DNA from: an uncultured Candidatus Rokubacteria bacterium | GTDB lineage: Bacteria > Methylomirabilota > Methylomirabilia > Rokubacteriales > DASRDR01 | Length of the DNA stretch: 64,000 nt | Assembly (NCBI GenBank): GCA_963805625.1 | Contig: CAWDVE010000017.1 | Location: 864,001-928,000 of the forward strand | Direction of reading: 5' to 3' | In this document: positions 9,522-19,709 of the stretch, piece after piece | Numbering within the stretch: the first letter of the stretch is position 1 | Layout: the number at the start of each line of letters is the position of its first letter | Program-made: the position numbers and the translations under genes | The notes under the pieces: generated by a model | Told to the model about the DNA's origin: nothing | The model's database searches: none | Seen by the model: the letters and a program-made list of their open reading frames with translations, nothing else

Positions 9522-10271
9522 GTGAGCTGGTTCGGACGCGTCGTCCCTGGCCTGGCGCTGGGCCTCGCGGTGATGGCCGCCGCGGGCGTCGTGCTGGCCG
9601 GGCCTGGCTATCGATTCGGATGGTGGGGCCTCGGCCCGGCCTTCTCGCTGTTGCGCTCGAGTGCGGCGCTGGGTCTCGGGGCTGGCGCGGTCGCCGTCGT
9701 GGCGATCGTGGTGGGCGGGGCTCAACGCTCCCGGCGGCGGCTCGGACTCGGGATCCTCGCCCTGGCCATCGCGCTGGCCGCGTTCGCGATCCCCTGGCGG
9801 ATGCAGGCGCAGGCGCGTCGCGTCCCGCCGATCCACGACGTCACGACCGACCCCGAGGATCCGCCCGCGTTCGTGGCGGTCGTCGCCCGCCGCTCGGGCG
9901 CGTGGAACCCGGTGGACTACGCTGGTCCCGCGGTGGCTGCTCAGCAACGGGCTGCCTATCCGGACCTCGTGCCGCTCGACCTGGCCGCGCCGCCCGAGCG
10001 CGTCTTTCCGGCGGCCGAGGCGGCCGCGCGGGGTCTCGGCTGGGAGATCGTGGGGACGGTGCCGGCGGAGGGGCGGCTCGAGGCGACGGCCACGACGCCC
10101 TGGTTCGGCTTCAAGGACGACGTCGTCGTGAGGGTCCGGGCCCGAGGCACCGGCAGCCGAGTCGACGTCCGCTCGCTCTCACGGATCGGCATCGGCGACC
10201 TCGGTGCCAACGCCGCGCGCATCCGCGCGTTTCTCGACCGCATGCGGGCGAGCGGCCCTCCCGTGGCGTGA
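9522..10271 (+). CDS. DUF1499 membrane protein
   Basis: PPIHDVTTD, TPWFGFKDDVVVR, RSLSRIGIGDLGANAARI. Confidence 0.88.
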   Translation: MSWFGRVVPGLALGLAVMAAAGVVLAGPGYRFGWWGLGPAFSLLRSSAALGLGAGAVAVVAIVVGGAQRSRRRLGLGILALAIALAAFAIPWRMQAQARRVPPIHDVTTDPEDPPAFVAVVARRSGAWNPVDYAGPAVAAQQRAAYPDLVPLDLAAPPERVFPAAEAAARGLGWEIVGTVPAEGRLEATATTPWFGFKDDVVVRVRARGTGSRVDVRSLSRIGIGDLGANAARIRAFLDRMRASGPPVA

Positions 10272-10304
10272 TTTCTCGAGGCGGGGTAATCTGATGTCCA
10301 CACC

Positions 10305-11462
10305 ATGAGGGAGCAGCCGTACGCATCCGCCGGGGCCGTGTCCCGGCGCGCGTTCGTGGTCCAGGTCGGCGCCGCCGCGACGCTGCTCGGTACCGGGCTG
10401 CCGGCGCTCGCCCAGGCCCCGACCCCGGTGCCCGGCAAGGACAAGCTGATCGTCCGGAGCCCGCGGCCGATCAACCTGGAGACGCCGCTCCACGAGCTGA
10501 CCACCGATGTCACGCCCACCGACCTCTTCTTCGTCCGGAACAACTATGACGGCCCGGTCATCAACCCGGCGGCGTACGTCCTCACCGTGGATGGCGAGGT
10601 TGAGAACCCGCTGACGCTGCGCCTCGACGACCTCAAGCGCATGGAGCCGGTGACCCAAACCATCACGCTCGAGTGCGCGGGGAACGGTCGGAGCTTCCAC
10701 ATGCCGCCGGCGCCGGGGATCCAGTGGGAGCGCGGCGCGATCGGGACGGCGGTGTGGCGCGGGGTCCGGCTCGCCGACGTGCTCCGACTCGCCCGACCGC
10801 GACCGACGGCCCAGCACGTCGTCCCCGACGGGAACGACGCCCCCCCGACGCCGCAGGCGCCGGACTTCATCCGGAGCCATCCCATCTCGAAGGCGATGGA
10901 GCCGCACACGATGGTCGCGCTGGAGATGAACGGCCAACCCGTGCCGCACCTTCACGGCGGGCCGGTCCGCTTGCTGGTGCCCGGCTGGGTCGGCTCGGCG
11001 TCGATCAAGTGGCTGACCCGGCTCACGCTCGCCGACAAGGAGTGGGGCGGCCCGTTCATGGCGCGAAGCTACCGGTCGCCGCGCGTCGACGACCCGACTC
11101 AGACGTACTCGCTCCAGTCGCTCGAGTGCAAGTCGGTCGTCGTGGCGCCGGCCGACGGGGCGCAGCTCGCGACCGGGCCCCAGACGGTCACCGGGTTCGC
11201 GTGGTCGGGTGAGGGGACGATCGTCGCCGTCGACGTCTCCACGGACGGTGGCCAGACCTGGCAGCTAGCGAGACTGACGGGAGCGGAGTCCCGCTACGCG
11301 TGGCGCCGCTGGGAGCTCGCATGGACGGCGCCGGCGGGGACGCACACGCTCATGGCGCGGGCGAGCGACTCGCTGGGGCGGTACCAGCCGGCGAGCCGGC
11401 CCCGTGACCCACAGGGCTATCGCTGGAACGTGATCCACGCGATCCGGGTGAATGTCGCGTAG
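10305..11462 (+). CDS. Tat-exported sulfite oxidase-family molybdoenzyme (SorA-like)
   Basis: SRRAF Tat motif, FFVRN, ECAGNGR Mo-ligand Cys, HGGPVRL, IKWL. Confidence 0.9.
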   Translation: MREQPYASAGAVSRRAFVVQVGAAATLLGTGLPALAQAPTPVPGKDKLIVRSPRPINLETPLHELTTDVTPTDLFFVRNNYDGPVINPAAYVLTVDGEVENPLTLRLDDLKRMEPVTQTITLECAGNGRSFHMPPAPGIQWERGAIGTAVWRGVRLADVLRLARPRPTAQHVVPDGNDAPPTPQAPDFIRSHPISKAMEPHTMVALEMNGQPVPHLHGGPVRLLVPGWVGSASIKWLTRLTLADKEWGGPFMARSYRSPRVDDPTQTYSLQSLECKSVVVAPADGAQLATGPQTVTGFAWSGEGTIVAVDVSTDGGQTWQLARLTGAESRYAWRRWELAWTAPAGTHTLMARASDSLGRYQPASRPRDPQGYRWNVIHAIRVNVA

Positions 11463-11748
11463 CCGGAGTGCCGTTCTCCCGGCGGCGCTCGCGGTGGGGC
11501 TCGCCGTCGGGCTGGCGACCGGGCGGCCGGCCGCCCAGCCGGCCAACCCGCTTCCGCCAGGCGAGCACATGACGCTCGTCCTGGGGGCCTGCATCATGTG
11601 CCACAGTCCCGAGATGGTCGCCCAGCAGCGCCTCGATCGGCCCACCTGGCAGGCGATCGTCGACCGCATGATCACCTACGGCGCGCCCATCACACCCGAG
11701 ACGAGGCCGCTCATCCTCGAGTACCTTGCGACACGGCTCGGCCCGTGA
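11452..11748 (+). CDS. Monoheme cytochrome c (SorB-like)
   Basis: Signal peptide, CIMCH, W..IVDRM..YGA; overlaps the SorA-like stop. Confidence 0.88.
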   Translation: MSRSRSAVLPAALAVGLAVGLATGRPAAQPANPLPPGEHMTLVLGACIMCHSPEMVAQQRLDRPTWQAIVDRMITYGAPITPETRPLILEYLATRLGP

Positions 11749-12509
11749 GCCGGAACGGGGATCACCGCCTCGTCGAGGCGTGTGCCCAGCCGGGCTGCCC
11801 CGTCTGCGGGTGTCTCCGCGACGTGGCGGTCCGGCACCTCGCAGCCGTCCTGGCGGAGCACGTGACGGACCCGCTCTCCCGGGCCCGTCTCGCCGAGGCG
11901 TGGGGCTTCTGCGCGGCCCACGCGACGGCCCTCCGCGAGATGCCCGAGGTCGCGCTGGGAACGGCGATCATCTACCAGGCCCTCATCGAGCGGGCGTGCC
12001 AGTGGCTGGACGAGGCGGCGCGCGCCGTGGCCGCGCCTGCCCGACAACGCGGGTGGCGGGCGCTGGTGGGTAGGTCGCGCGCGGCAGGCAGCGAGTCGCG
12101 ACCCCGCCGCGCGCGCTGTCCGGTGTGCGTGGAACTGGTCGTGGCGGAGCGGTGTCACCTTGACGCGCTCCTCGCGGGTCTCGCGGACCCGACGCTCGGC
12201 CCTGCCTATGCGTCCTCCGACGGGCTGTGCCTCCCGCACCTCGAGCTGGCGCTCGGGCGCGCCGGGGCGGGCCCCGCGGCCGCGCAGCTCGTCGGCCTGG
12301 CCCGGGAGAAGCTCCGAGCGCTTGCCGCCGACCTCGGGCGGTTCGTCGACAAGCACGATCATCGTGTGCGACCGACCTTCACCGACCGCGAGGCCGCCGC
12401 GTGGCGCCAGGCGCTCGCGCTCGTGGCCGGCCGGATGGAGCTGTTCGGCCCCGAGATGGAGCGCAGCGGCGCCGGCGCCAGGTCTCCGCGCGCGAGGAGG
12501 TCGCGGTGA
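11745..12509 (+). CDS. DUF6062-like Cys/His-rich protein with two internal repeats
   Basis: CPVC...GFCAAH and CPVC...GLCLPH; GTG overlaps the upstream stop. Confidence 0.75.
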   Translation: MSRNGDHRLVEACAQPGCPVCGCLRDVAVRHLAAVLAEHVTDPLSRARLAEAWGFCAAHATALREMPEVALGTAIIYQALIERACQWLDEAARAVAAPARQRGWRALVGRSRAAGSESRPRRARCPVCVELVVAERCHLDALLAGLADPTLGPAYASSDGLCLPHLELALGRAGAGPAAAQLVGLAREKLRALAADLGRFVDKHDHRVRPTFTDREAAAWRQALALVAGRMELFGPEMERSGAGARSPRARRSR

Positions 12510-13303
12510 CCCTGGAAGCGATCCCCGGCCTCCGGCGCGCACTGATCGGAATGGTCCACCTCCTCCCGCTGCCCGGCAGCCCTCGCTGGGGCGGGTCGCT
12601 CGACGCGGTGGTCGAGCGCGCCGTGGCCGACGCCCGCGCGCTCGAGGCGGGCGGCTTCCATGCCTGCCTCGTGGAGAACTTCGGGGACGCGCCCTTCAGC
12701 CCGGGTCGAGCCGATCCGGCGACCGTCGCGGCCACGGCGATCACCGCCGGCGAGGTGCGTCGCGCTGTGCGCCTGCCGGTCGGGATCAACGTGCTCAAGA
12801 ACGACGCCCAGGCGGCGCTGGCGGTGGCGGCGGCGGTGGGCGCGACGTTCGTTCGGGTCAACGTGCACGTGGGCGCCGTCGTTGCCGACCAGGGCGTGCT
12901 CGAGGGCGACGCGTACGGGACCTTGCGCTACCGGCGGCTCCTCGGAACGGCGACCCGCCTCTTCGTCGACGTCGGCGGCAAGCACGCGGTCCCGCTCGCC
13001 CCGGTCGAGCTCAAGCAGGTCGCGCGCGACGCCGCCTATCGGGGGCTCGCGGACACCCTCGTCGTCTCGGGCGTCGCGACCGGCGAGCCGACGCCGCTCG
13101 GGGACGTCAAGCGCGTGCGCGCCGCGGTGCCCGACCGGCCGATCCTCGTCGGCTCCGGGGTCGAGCCCGAGACGGTGGCCGAGCTCCTGCGGGTCGCCGA
13201 CGGCGCCATCGTCGGGACCTGGGTCAAGCGCGAGGGCCGGACGACCGCGCCCGTCGACCCCGACCGCGTCGCGGCCCTCGCCCGCGCCGCCCGGGTGGAC
13301 TAG
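12506..13303 (+). CDS. BtpA/SgcQ family TIM-barrel protein
   Basis: IGMVHLLPLPGSP, VENFGDAPF, GINVLKND, VGSGV. Confidence 0.92.
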   Translation: MTLEAIPGLRRALIGMVHLLPLPGSPRWGGSLDAVVERAVADARALEAGGFHACLVENFGDAPFSPGRADPATVAATAITAGEVRRAVRLPVGINVLKNDAQAALAVAAAVGATFVRVNVHVGAVVADQGVLEGDAYGTLRYRRLLGTATRLFVDVGGKHAVPLAPVELKQVARDAAYRGLADTLVVSGVATGEPTPLGDVKRVRAAVPDRPILVGSGVEPETVAELLRVADGAIVGTWVKREGRTTAPVDPDRVAALARAARVD

Positions 13304-13395
13304 GGTCCGCTCGCGCCGGCGTGTTTTCGAGCAGCCGGCATCTCCGGGCGCGCCGCTCACCAGATCGGGCACGCCGGTGGCCCGGTGAACCGTTG

Positions 13396-15012
13396 ATGAG
13401 CCGTCGCTCCTGGGTGCTGCCGCTCTCCGAGATCTCGGTAGGGGCACGGTTCCTGTGCCGGCTGCCTGCTTTCCTCCGCTACCGGATCGACGTTCCCTCG
13501 GCTCGCGCCATCCTTCGTCGTCGGCTGGAGCGGCGTGAGGACGATTTCCTGTCCCTCGTGCAGCGGGGTATCTACGAGCAGCCCCGCAGTCCCTACCGAC
13601 AGCTGCTGAGGCTGGCGGGGTGCGAGCACGGCGATCTGGTGAGGCTCGTGCGGCACCGCGGGCTCGAGGGAACGTTGCACGCGCTGCTGCGGCAGGGGGT
13701 GTACCTGACCGTCGACGAGCTGAAGGGACGACGAGCGATCGTGAGGGGCCGGACCTCGATCGAGGCGGACACTGACGGCTTCCTGAATCCGCTGGTGCGA
13801 GCCGACCTGCTCCGCTACCGAAGCGGAAGCCGCGGCAGCCAGGCTTCCGTACCCGTTGGTCTGGCCTCCATCCGCGAGCGCGCCGTGACGCTCTGCCTCA
13901 GCTACGACGCTCGTGGCGGGATCGGCTGGCAACACGGCTATTGGGAGGTCCCGGGTGGCGCCTCCATGGTGCACGTGCTCGAATGCCATCCGTTCCAGGG
14001 TCCGCCGGCGCGCTGGTTCTCCCAGCTCGATCCCGCGGCGCCCGGCCTGCATCCGCGGTACCGCTGGAGCGCGCGTCTCCTGTGCTGGGCGGCCGCGGCA
14101 GCCGGGGTCGACCTTCCTCGGCCCCGGTACGTGCCACTCGACGATCCTCTTCCGATCATCGAGTGGATGCTGGACGTGCGCCGCCAGGGTGCGACGCCCC
14201 ACCTCAAGACGTACGCGAGCTCAGCCGCCCGCCTGTGCCAGGTTGCCCACAAGCGCGGAGTCGATCTCGGCGGCGTCCGCTTCACGGTGACCGGCGAGCC
14301 CGTGACGGAGGCGCGGCTGGCGGCAATCCAGCGCACCGGGGCCGAGGCGACACCCCGGTGCGGCACCAGCGAGGCCGGGCTCATCGGGAGCGGCTGCCTG
14401 TCGCCCGAGGTGTGCGACGATCTCCACCTCTTCCACGACTTGAACGCCGTCATCCAGCCCGAATCGGGTGAGCCCGACGGGTTGACGCGTCGCGGCCTCC
14501 TGATCACGTCGCTCCGCCCGACGGCCCGGATGGTCCTGCTGAACGCGTCACTCGGCGACGAGGGCGTGCTTGACGCGCGGGAGTGCGGTTGCCCCATGGC
14601 GCGGCTGGGGTGGACCACCCATCTCCACTCGCTCCGGAGTTCCGAGAAGCTCACCGCCGCCGGGATGAGCTTCCTGGACCTCGATGTCGTCCGGGTCCTG
14701 GAGCGGGTGCTCCCGGAGCGCTTCGGCGGCGGTCCGACCGACTATCAGTTGGTGGAAGACGTGACCGGTGACGGCCGGTCGCGGCTGCGCCTTCTCGTTG
14801 ACCCAGCGGTCGGCCGGCTGGACGCCAAGGATGTTGCGCTGACCTTTTTGTCCGCGATCGGCCACGGGACCGGCGTGGAGCGCGTGATGGGGTTGCTGTG
14901 GCAGGAGGCCCGGCTGCTGGAGGTCGTGCGCCGCGCGCCTCTACTCACCCCCGCTGGCAAGATCCTGCATCTCCATCAGGAGCGCCCGCAGCCGACACGA
15001 TCGCGCCTATGA
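13396..15012 (+). CDS. Phenylacetate-CoA ligase-like (ANL superfamily) protein
   Basis: RSGSRG P-loop-like, TGEPVT, GTSEAG, CGCP..LG..HL..RSSEKLT. Confidence 0.65.
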   Translation: MSRRSWVLPLSEISVGARFLCRLPAFLRYRIDVPSARAILRRRLERREDDFLSLVQRGIYEQPRSPYRQLLRLAGCEHGDLVRLVRHRGLEGTLHALLRQGVYLTVDELKGRRAIVRGRTSIEADTDGFLNPLVRADLLRYRSGSRGSQASVPVGLASIRERAVTLCLSYDARGGIGWQHGYWEVPGGASMVHVLECHPFQGPPARWFSQLDPAAPGLHPRYRWSARLLCWAAAAAGVDLPRPRYVPLDDPLPIIEWMLDVRRQGATPHLKTYASSAARLCQVAHKRGVDLGGVRFTVTGEPVTEARLAAIQRTGAEATPRCGTSEAGLIGSGCLSPEVCDDLHLFHDLNAVIQPESGEPDGLTRRGLLITSLRPTARMVLLNASLGDEGVLDARECGCPMARLGWTTHLHSLRSSEKLTAAGMSFLDLDVVRVLERVLPERFGGGPTDYQLVEDVTGDGRSRLRLLVDPAVGRLDAKDVALTFLSAIGHGTGVERVMGLLWQEARLLEVVRRAPLLTPAGKILHLHQERPQPTRSRL

Positions 15013-15031
15013 CTCGAGGTCGCGGGGGACC

Positions 15032-15838
15032 TCAGGGCGGTCGGGCTATCCGGTCTACCCGCCGCTGCTCGAGCGCCTGGATCGCTCCCGCCCCGCCGAG
15101 TGCGACCGCCACGATGACCAGAAGGACCGCCAGCGCGCGCTCGGCGTCGAACCGGCTCCCGTAGATCCGAGCCAGGGCACCGAGTCCACTCACGGCGACG
15201 AGCATCTCGCCGGCGATCATGCCCTTCACGGCGCGGACCATGCCGATCCGCAGGCCCGTGAGGATCATCGGCGTCGAGCTCGGCACCAGGACCTTCCAGA
15301 AGAGCTGGCGCTCGCCGGCGCCGAACGCGCGCGCCATCTCAACCAGCGCGGCATCCGCCAGCCGGATCGCCACGGCGGTGGTCGCGGTCACTGGAAAGAA
15401 CGCGTAGAGAAACACGACGGCCACCTGGGTCGGCCTGCCGACGCCCAGGAGGGCGGCGAGGATTGGCACGAAGACGAGATTGGGCGCCGCCAGCATGGCG
15501 CTCACGTAGCCATCCAGGAGGCGGTCGAGAAGGGGATGACGGGCCATCAGGGCGCCGAGTGCCATGCCCAATCCGGCGGCCAGGGCATAGCCGAGCAGCA
15601 AGCTGAGCAGGCTCGGCGCCAGGTTGCCGAGAATCTCTCCGTCGACGGTGAGCTGCCACAGAGCGGTCAGAACGGCTGACAGCGGCGGCAGGAAGGGGAA
15701 CCGGGCGAAGCGCCCACCAACCTCCCACGTCAGGAACAGGGCCCCCAGCGCCATCAAGCGCGGCAAGTAGCTGCGGGTCCGCCGTGGGCCCCAGGCCCGC
15801 TCCGGCAGGAGCGAGCCGCCGACGACGGCCGAGGGCAT
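15032..15838 (-). CDS. NitT/TauT ABC transporter permease
   Basis: EMARAFGA EAA motif, AGEML. Confidence 0.9.
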   Translation of the reverse strand: MPSAVVGGSLLPERAWGPRRTRSYLPRLMALGALFLTWEVGGRFARFPFLPPLSAVLTALWQLTVDGEILGNLAPSLLSLLLGYALAAGLGMALGALMARHPLLDRLLDGYVSAMLAAPNLVFVPILAALLGVGRPTQVAVVFLYAFFPVTATTAVAIRLADAALVEMARAFGAGERQLFWKVLVPSSTPMILTGLRIGMVRAVKGMIAGEMLVAVSGLGALARIYGSRFDAERALAVLLVIVAVALGGAGAIQALEQRRVDRIARPP

Positions 15839-15840
15839 CG

Positions 15841-16602
15841 TCACGCGCGCATCGCCCGGAGCTGCCCCCACAGGTACTCCTTCAGGTCGATGAATGTGGG
15901 ATGCCGCTCCAGGTCGGGCGGCCTGGGTCGCGGCAGCGGGACGTCGATCACCTCTCGGATGCGTCCCGGCCGCGGCGTCAGCAGCACGACGCGATCCCCG
16001 AGGCGCACGGCCTCGTCCATGCTGTGCGTGACGAAGAGCACCGCCTGCGTTCGCTCGGCATGGAGGCGGAGCAGATCCTCTTGGAGCTCGCGTCGCGTCT
16101 GGTCGTCGACGGCGCTGAACGGCTCGTCCATGAGGAGCGTTCGCGGATCGATGGCGAGGGCGCGCGCGAGCCCCACGCGCTGCTGCATCCCACCCGAGAG
16201 CTGCCACGGCAGGTGGCGCTCGAAGCCGGAGAGACCGACGATGCGGATCAGCTCCATCGCAATGCGCTCGCGCTCCTCGCGGGCGACGCCTCGGAGGTCG
16301 AGGCCGAAGGCGACGTTGGTCACGACGTCGACCCACGGCAGCAGCGCGAAGTGCTGGAAGACCATCGCCCGGTCCTGGCCCGGGCCCGTCACGGGCCGGC
16401 CGTCGATGAGAACCTCCCCGGCGCTGCACGATAGCAGGCCCGCAACGATCCTGAGAAGCGTGGTCTTCCCGCAGCCACTCGGGCCGAGCACGCAGACGAC
16501 CTCCCGATCGCCGATCACGAGGTCGACGCCCGCGAGGGCGGCGACCGGCGCCTGTCCGTCTCGGGCAGGGTAGATCTTCTGGCAGTCGCGGAGCTCGATC
16601 AC
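15841..16602 (-). CDS. NitT/TauT ABC transporter ATPase
   Basis: GPSGCGKT, LSGGMQQR, LLMDEPF. Confidence 0.93.
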   Translation of the reverse strand: MIELRDCQKIYPARDGQAPVAALAGVDLVIGDREVVCVLGPSGCGKTTLLRIVAGLLSCSAGEVLIDGRPVTGPGQDRAMVFQHFALLPWVDVVTNVAFGLDLRGVAREERERIAMELIRIVGLSGFERHLPWQLSGGMQQRVGLARALAIDPRTLLMDEPFSAVDDQTRRELQEDLLRLHAERTQAVLFVTHSMDEAVRLGDRVVLLTPRPGRIREVIDVPLPRPRPPDLERHPTFIDLKEYLWGQLRAMRA

Positions 16603-17336
16603 GCGAACACGAGGTCGGCTCGCCGGAGCGCGAGCCGTCGCTCCACGCGCCGGATGGCCGCCGTCAGCAGGACCGCCTGGGCCACGACGACGAGCACGAC
16701 GGCATAGACGGCCGGCGCGTCGAAGTCCCCCTGGAAACGCTGGATGAGGCGGCCGACGCCGACCGCCACCAGGAGCAGCTCCACTGCGACCATGCCGCTG
16801 ATGGCCCGAGAGAGGCCCAGCCTGAGGCCGACGAGCACCGCGGGAAGCGCGCCGGGCAAGAGGACCCGCCGCCAGAGCTGCACGGGCCGGGCGCCGAAGG
16901 CGCGTGCCATCTCCACGAGCTCCGGGTCGACGCCCCGCGTGCCGGTGGCCGCGTGCACCGCGATGACCGCGACCGCGAACAGGAACACCACGAGCAGGCG
17001 CGTCTCGAGGCCGAGGCCGGTGGCCATGACGAGTAGCGGGATCACTGCCGGCATCGGCGTGAAGAGCAGGATGTCGAGGAAGACGTCCGCGAAGGCGCTG
17101 AGCCCGGGAGCCCGGCCGAGGAGCAGGCCGAGAGGAACGCCCACGACCGCCGCGAGGAGGTAGCCGAGCACGAGCGCCTGGTTGCTCGTCCAGAGCGCGA
17201 GCCAGAGCTCGCCGCTGTGCGCGAGGCGCGCGAGCGCGGCGAGCGTGGCCGACGCGGTCGGCAGCATGAGGCTTCCGAGGCCTCGCCCGAGGCCTTCCCA
17301 GGCGGCAGCGGTCAAGAGCAGCACCCCTGCGCGCAT
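16599..17336 (-). CDS. NitT/TauT ABC transporter permease
   Basis: EMARAFGA motif, AVELL; start uncertain. Confidence 0.9.
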   Translation of the reverse strand: MRAGVLLLTAAAWEGLGRGLGSLMLPTASATLAALARLAHSGELWLALWTSNQALVLGYLLAAVVGVPLGLLLGRAPGLSAFADVFLDILLFTPMPAVIPLLVMATGLGLETRLLVVFLFAVAVIAVHAATGTRGVDPELVEMARAFGARPVQLWRRVLLPGALPAVLVGLRLGLSRAISGMVAVELLLVAVGVGRLIQRFQGDFDAPAVYAVVLVVVAQAVLLTAAIRRVERRLALRRADLVFA

Positions 17337-17464
17337 CGTCCATGCCTCAGGCGAGCCGTCGGGTCGGTCGAGCGACCGTGGGAGCTCGTCGGCGGTGTGG
17401 AGAACCGGGGGAGGCGTGGGGTCCACGGCCAGGTGCGCGTCTCGTGCGCGAGGTGTGACCCGGC

Positions 17465-18580
17465 CTAGTGGCGGCCGATCGCGTCCAGCGCCCGCTCGAG
17501 GTAACGGAGGTTCGCCACGTGCTCCGACGTGAGGGTCGTCGGGAGGCTTCCCGATCGGACGAAGAAGGCGAGGCTGTTACGCACGGCCGCGTCGGTCAGG
17601 CGCCCGTTGACATCCCAGGCGTTGGTCCGAAGGTGCGCGGCCATGACTTCGGGCAAGAGGGCTGGATCGATGCGGAGCCGGCTCCGGGCCTCCGCGATGA
17701 GGATGTCCGGATGGTCGACGATCCGCCGGTGGATCAGCAGCAGGGCCTTCAGGTAGTCATGCACGACCCGGGGATTCCGAGCTGCCCAATTCCGGTTCAC
17801 CTGGACACCGGTCGTCACGAGGGAGGGCAGCTCCTCGGCGAAGCTGACGAGTACTCGGAAGCGTCCTGGAGCCTTGGCGACCAGCTGCAGTGACTCCGTC
17901 AGCTCCACCGGCGCGGCGTCGATCCGACCGGCCAGGAGTGCGGCCGCGCGATGCTCCGAACCCGCGATCGTCATGATACGCGGCGCGACGCCCGGGCAGT
18001 GGTCCCGCAGGTACGCGCTCGAGATGGCGGCGCTCACCGAGCCGTCGCCGGTGATGGCGAAGCGCCGCTCGTGGAGATCCGCGCAGCTCCGGATCTCGGT
18101 GGCCGCCACGATGGCCCATCCGTTGCCGACCTGTTCCATGATCGTCGTGACATTCGCGCCCTTGCCGATCGCCGCCCAGTAGGTACGAGTGGAGCCGTTG
18201 CCCACATCCACCTGGCCGCGCGCCAGCGCGTCGGCGGCGAGCTGTGCCTGGGCGAAGAATGTGGGCACCACGTCATACCCCTGCGTCGCGAGGAGGGCAT
18301 GGGCCATCAGAGAGGGCAGATCCCCGAGGTCGAGGGTCGACGAGAACGCGACCCGGATCCGGCGGGAGGGGTCCTCGGCGGACAGGCTCCTCGAACTCGC
18401 CGTCGCCGCGCATGCCACCGCGCAGGCAACCGCCCACGCCCGGACGTGCCTCGAGGTCCATCCGCGTCGCGGGCGTCCCTCCCGGCCCCCGGCGACTGAC
18501 GTCCACGCTCCGACTGTTCGGCAGAGACGCAGCATCGCCGACCGGGAGGCAGCAAACCACGCGTGGCCGGTCTCGGTCAA
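17465..18580 (-). CDS. SsuA/THI5-like ABC substrate-binding protein (true start probably downstream)
   Basis: Hydrophobic signal region, RAAALLAGRIDAA, first gene of the ABC operon. Confidence 0.8.
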   Translation of the reverse strand: MTETGHAWFAASRSAMLRLCRTVGAWTSVAGGREGRPRRGWTSRHVRAWAVACAVACAATASSRSLSAEDPSRRIRVAFSSTLDLGDLPSLMAHALLATQGYDVVPTFFAQAQLAADALARGQVDVGNGSTRTYWAAIGKGANVTTIMEQVGNGWAIVAATEIRSCADLHERRFAITGDGSVSAAISSAYLRDHCPGVAPRIMTIAGSEHRAAALLAGRIDAAPVELTESLQLVAKAPGRFRVLVSFAEELPSLVTTGVQVNRNWAARNPRVVHDYLKALLLIHRRIVDHPDILIAEARSRLRIDPALLPEVMAAHLRTNAWDVNGRLTDAAVRNSLAFFVRSGSLPTTLTSEHVANLRYLERALDAIGRH

Positions 18581-18616
18581 GGCAACGACGCCGGCGCCGG
18601 CCCAGCCAGGGCTACG

Positions 18617-19678
18617 TCAGACGGAGATCCACCCCGTCTGCGTGGCCTTGCGGACGGCGTCGAGGACTCGCTGGACGGCGAGGCCGTCGCGGAACGTCGC
18701 GGCCGGCGCGATGGGCGCGCCATCGAGCGTGGCCCGGACGAGATGGTCCACCAGCCGGACGAACGACAGGCCCCAGAGCGAGACGTACTGCATCCCTGGT
18801 GGTGTGGGGAGCGTTTCCGGCTCGGTGAGCTCCGCCAGCGGGTCGCCGAGGCGTCCGCCCCAGAGCCGGTCCGCCTCGTCGAGGACGAGGGACCCCGCGT
18901 CGCCCCAGACCTCGACACGCGGCCCGACCGTGTGGGTGGCGACGGCGCTGAGGAGCACCGAGCCGATCGCACCGGACCGGAACCGGAGGGAGAACGTCGA
19001 GAACTCGTCCGCGGTCACGCGGCGCCGGCCGGCTCCGTCGGGCAGGGGGCGCTCCGGGACGAACGGCACGGCGGTTCCCGTGACGGAGGCGATCTCCCCG
19101 AGCCAGTAGCGCAGGAGATCAACCTGGTGCGATCCGACCGCGCCGAGGAGGCCACCGCCCTGGGCGTCGTCGTACCACCAGCCCCAGGGCTTCGTCGGAT
19201 CGCGCCGGCTCGCGTTCACGGCCGTGAGGAGGACGTGGCGCGGTACGCCGATGAATCCCTCCTCGATCAGCCGCCGCACCTTCCGGCGGTTCGGGTTGAA
19301 GCGCAGCTCGTGGTCGAGAGCGTGGATGCGCCGCGCCCGCTCTGCGCCCGAGACCATCTCCTCCGCCTCGTGGGCTGACATCGCCATCGGCTTCTCGCAG
19401 AGGACATGCCGGCCCGCGTTGAGGGCGGCCAGCGCCATCGCATGATGGAGGTGCGGCGGCGTCGTGATGCTGACGAGATCGAGGTCCGCCGCGACGAGCT
19501 GGGTCCAGTCGTCGAAGGCGTGCGGCACGCCGAGGGCGTCGGCTGCCTTCCTGGCCTTGCCCGGGGTGCCGCTCCCGACGGCGACGACCTCCGCGCGCGC
19601 ATGCGCCCGGAAGGCGGGAATCTGAACGAGCGAGCCGAAGCCGGTGCCGATCACGCCGACGCGAAGCCGCGAAGCCAT
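18617..19678 (-). CDS. Gfo/Idh/MocA oxidoreductase
   Basis: GVIGTGFG, HVLCEKPMA, GSHQVD. Confidence 0.9.
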   Translation of the reverse strand: MASRLRVGVIGTGFGSLVQIPAFRAHARAEVVAVGSGTPGKARKAADALGVPHAFDDWTQLVAADLDLVSITTPPHLHHAMALAALNAGRHVLCEKPMAMSAHEAEEMVSGAERARRIHALDHELRFNPNRRKVRRLIEEGFIGVPRHVLLTAVNASRRDPTKPWGWWYDDAQGGGLLGAVGSHQVDLLRYWLGEIASVTGTAVPFVPERPLPDGAGRRRVTADEFSTFSLRFRSGAIGSVLLSAVATHTVGPRVEVWGDAGSLVLDEADRLWGGRLGDPLAELTEPETLPTPPGMQYVSLWGLSFVRLVDHLVRATLDGAPIAPAATFRDGLAVQRVLDAVRKATQTGWISV

Positions 19679-19709
19679 CCGAGGGTCCTCCGAGAGTGGC
19701 GGGAGTTGG

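Noticed and set aside
12160-13395. 950-aa ORF extension
   Set aside because: Arg/Gly-rich shadow frame over BtpA; the protein starts at 13396
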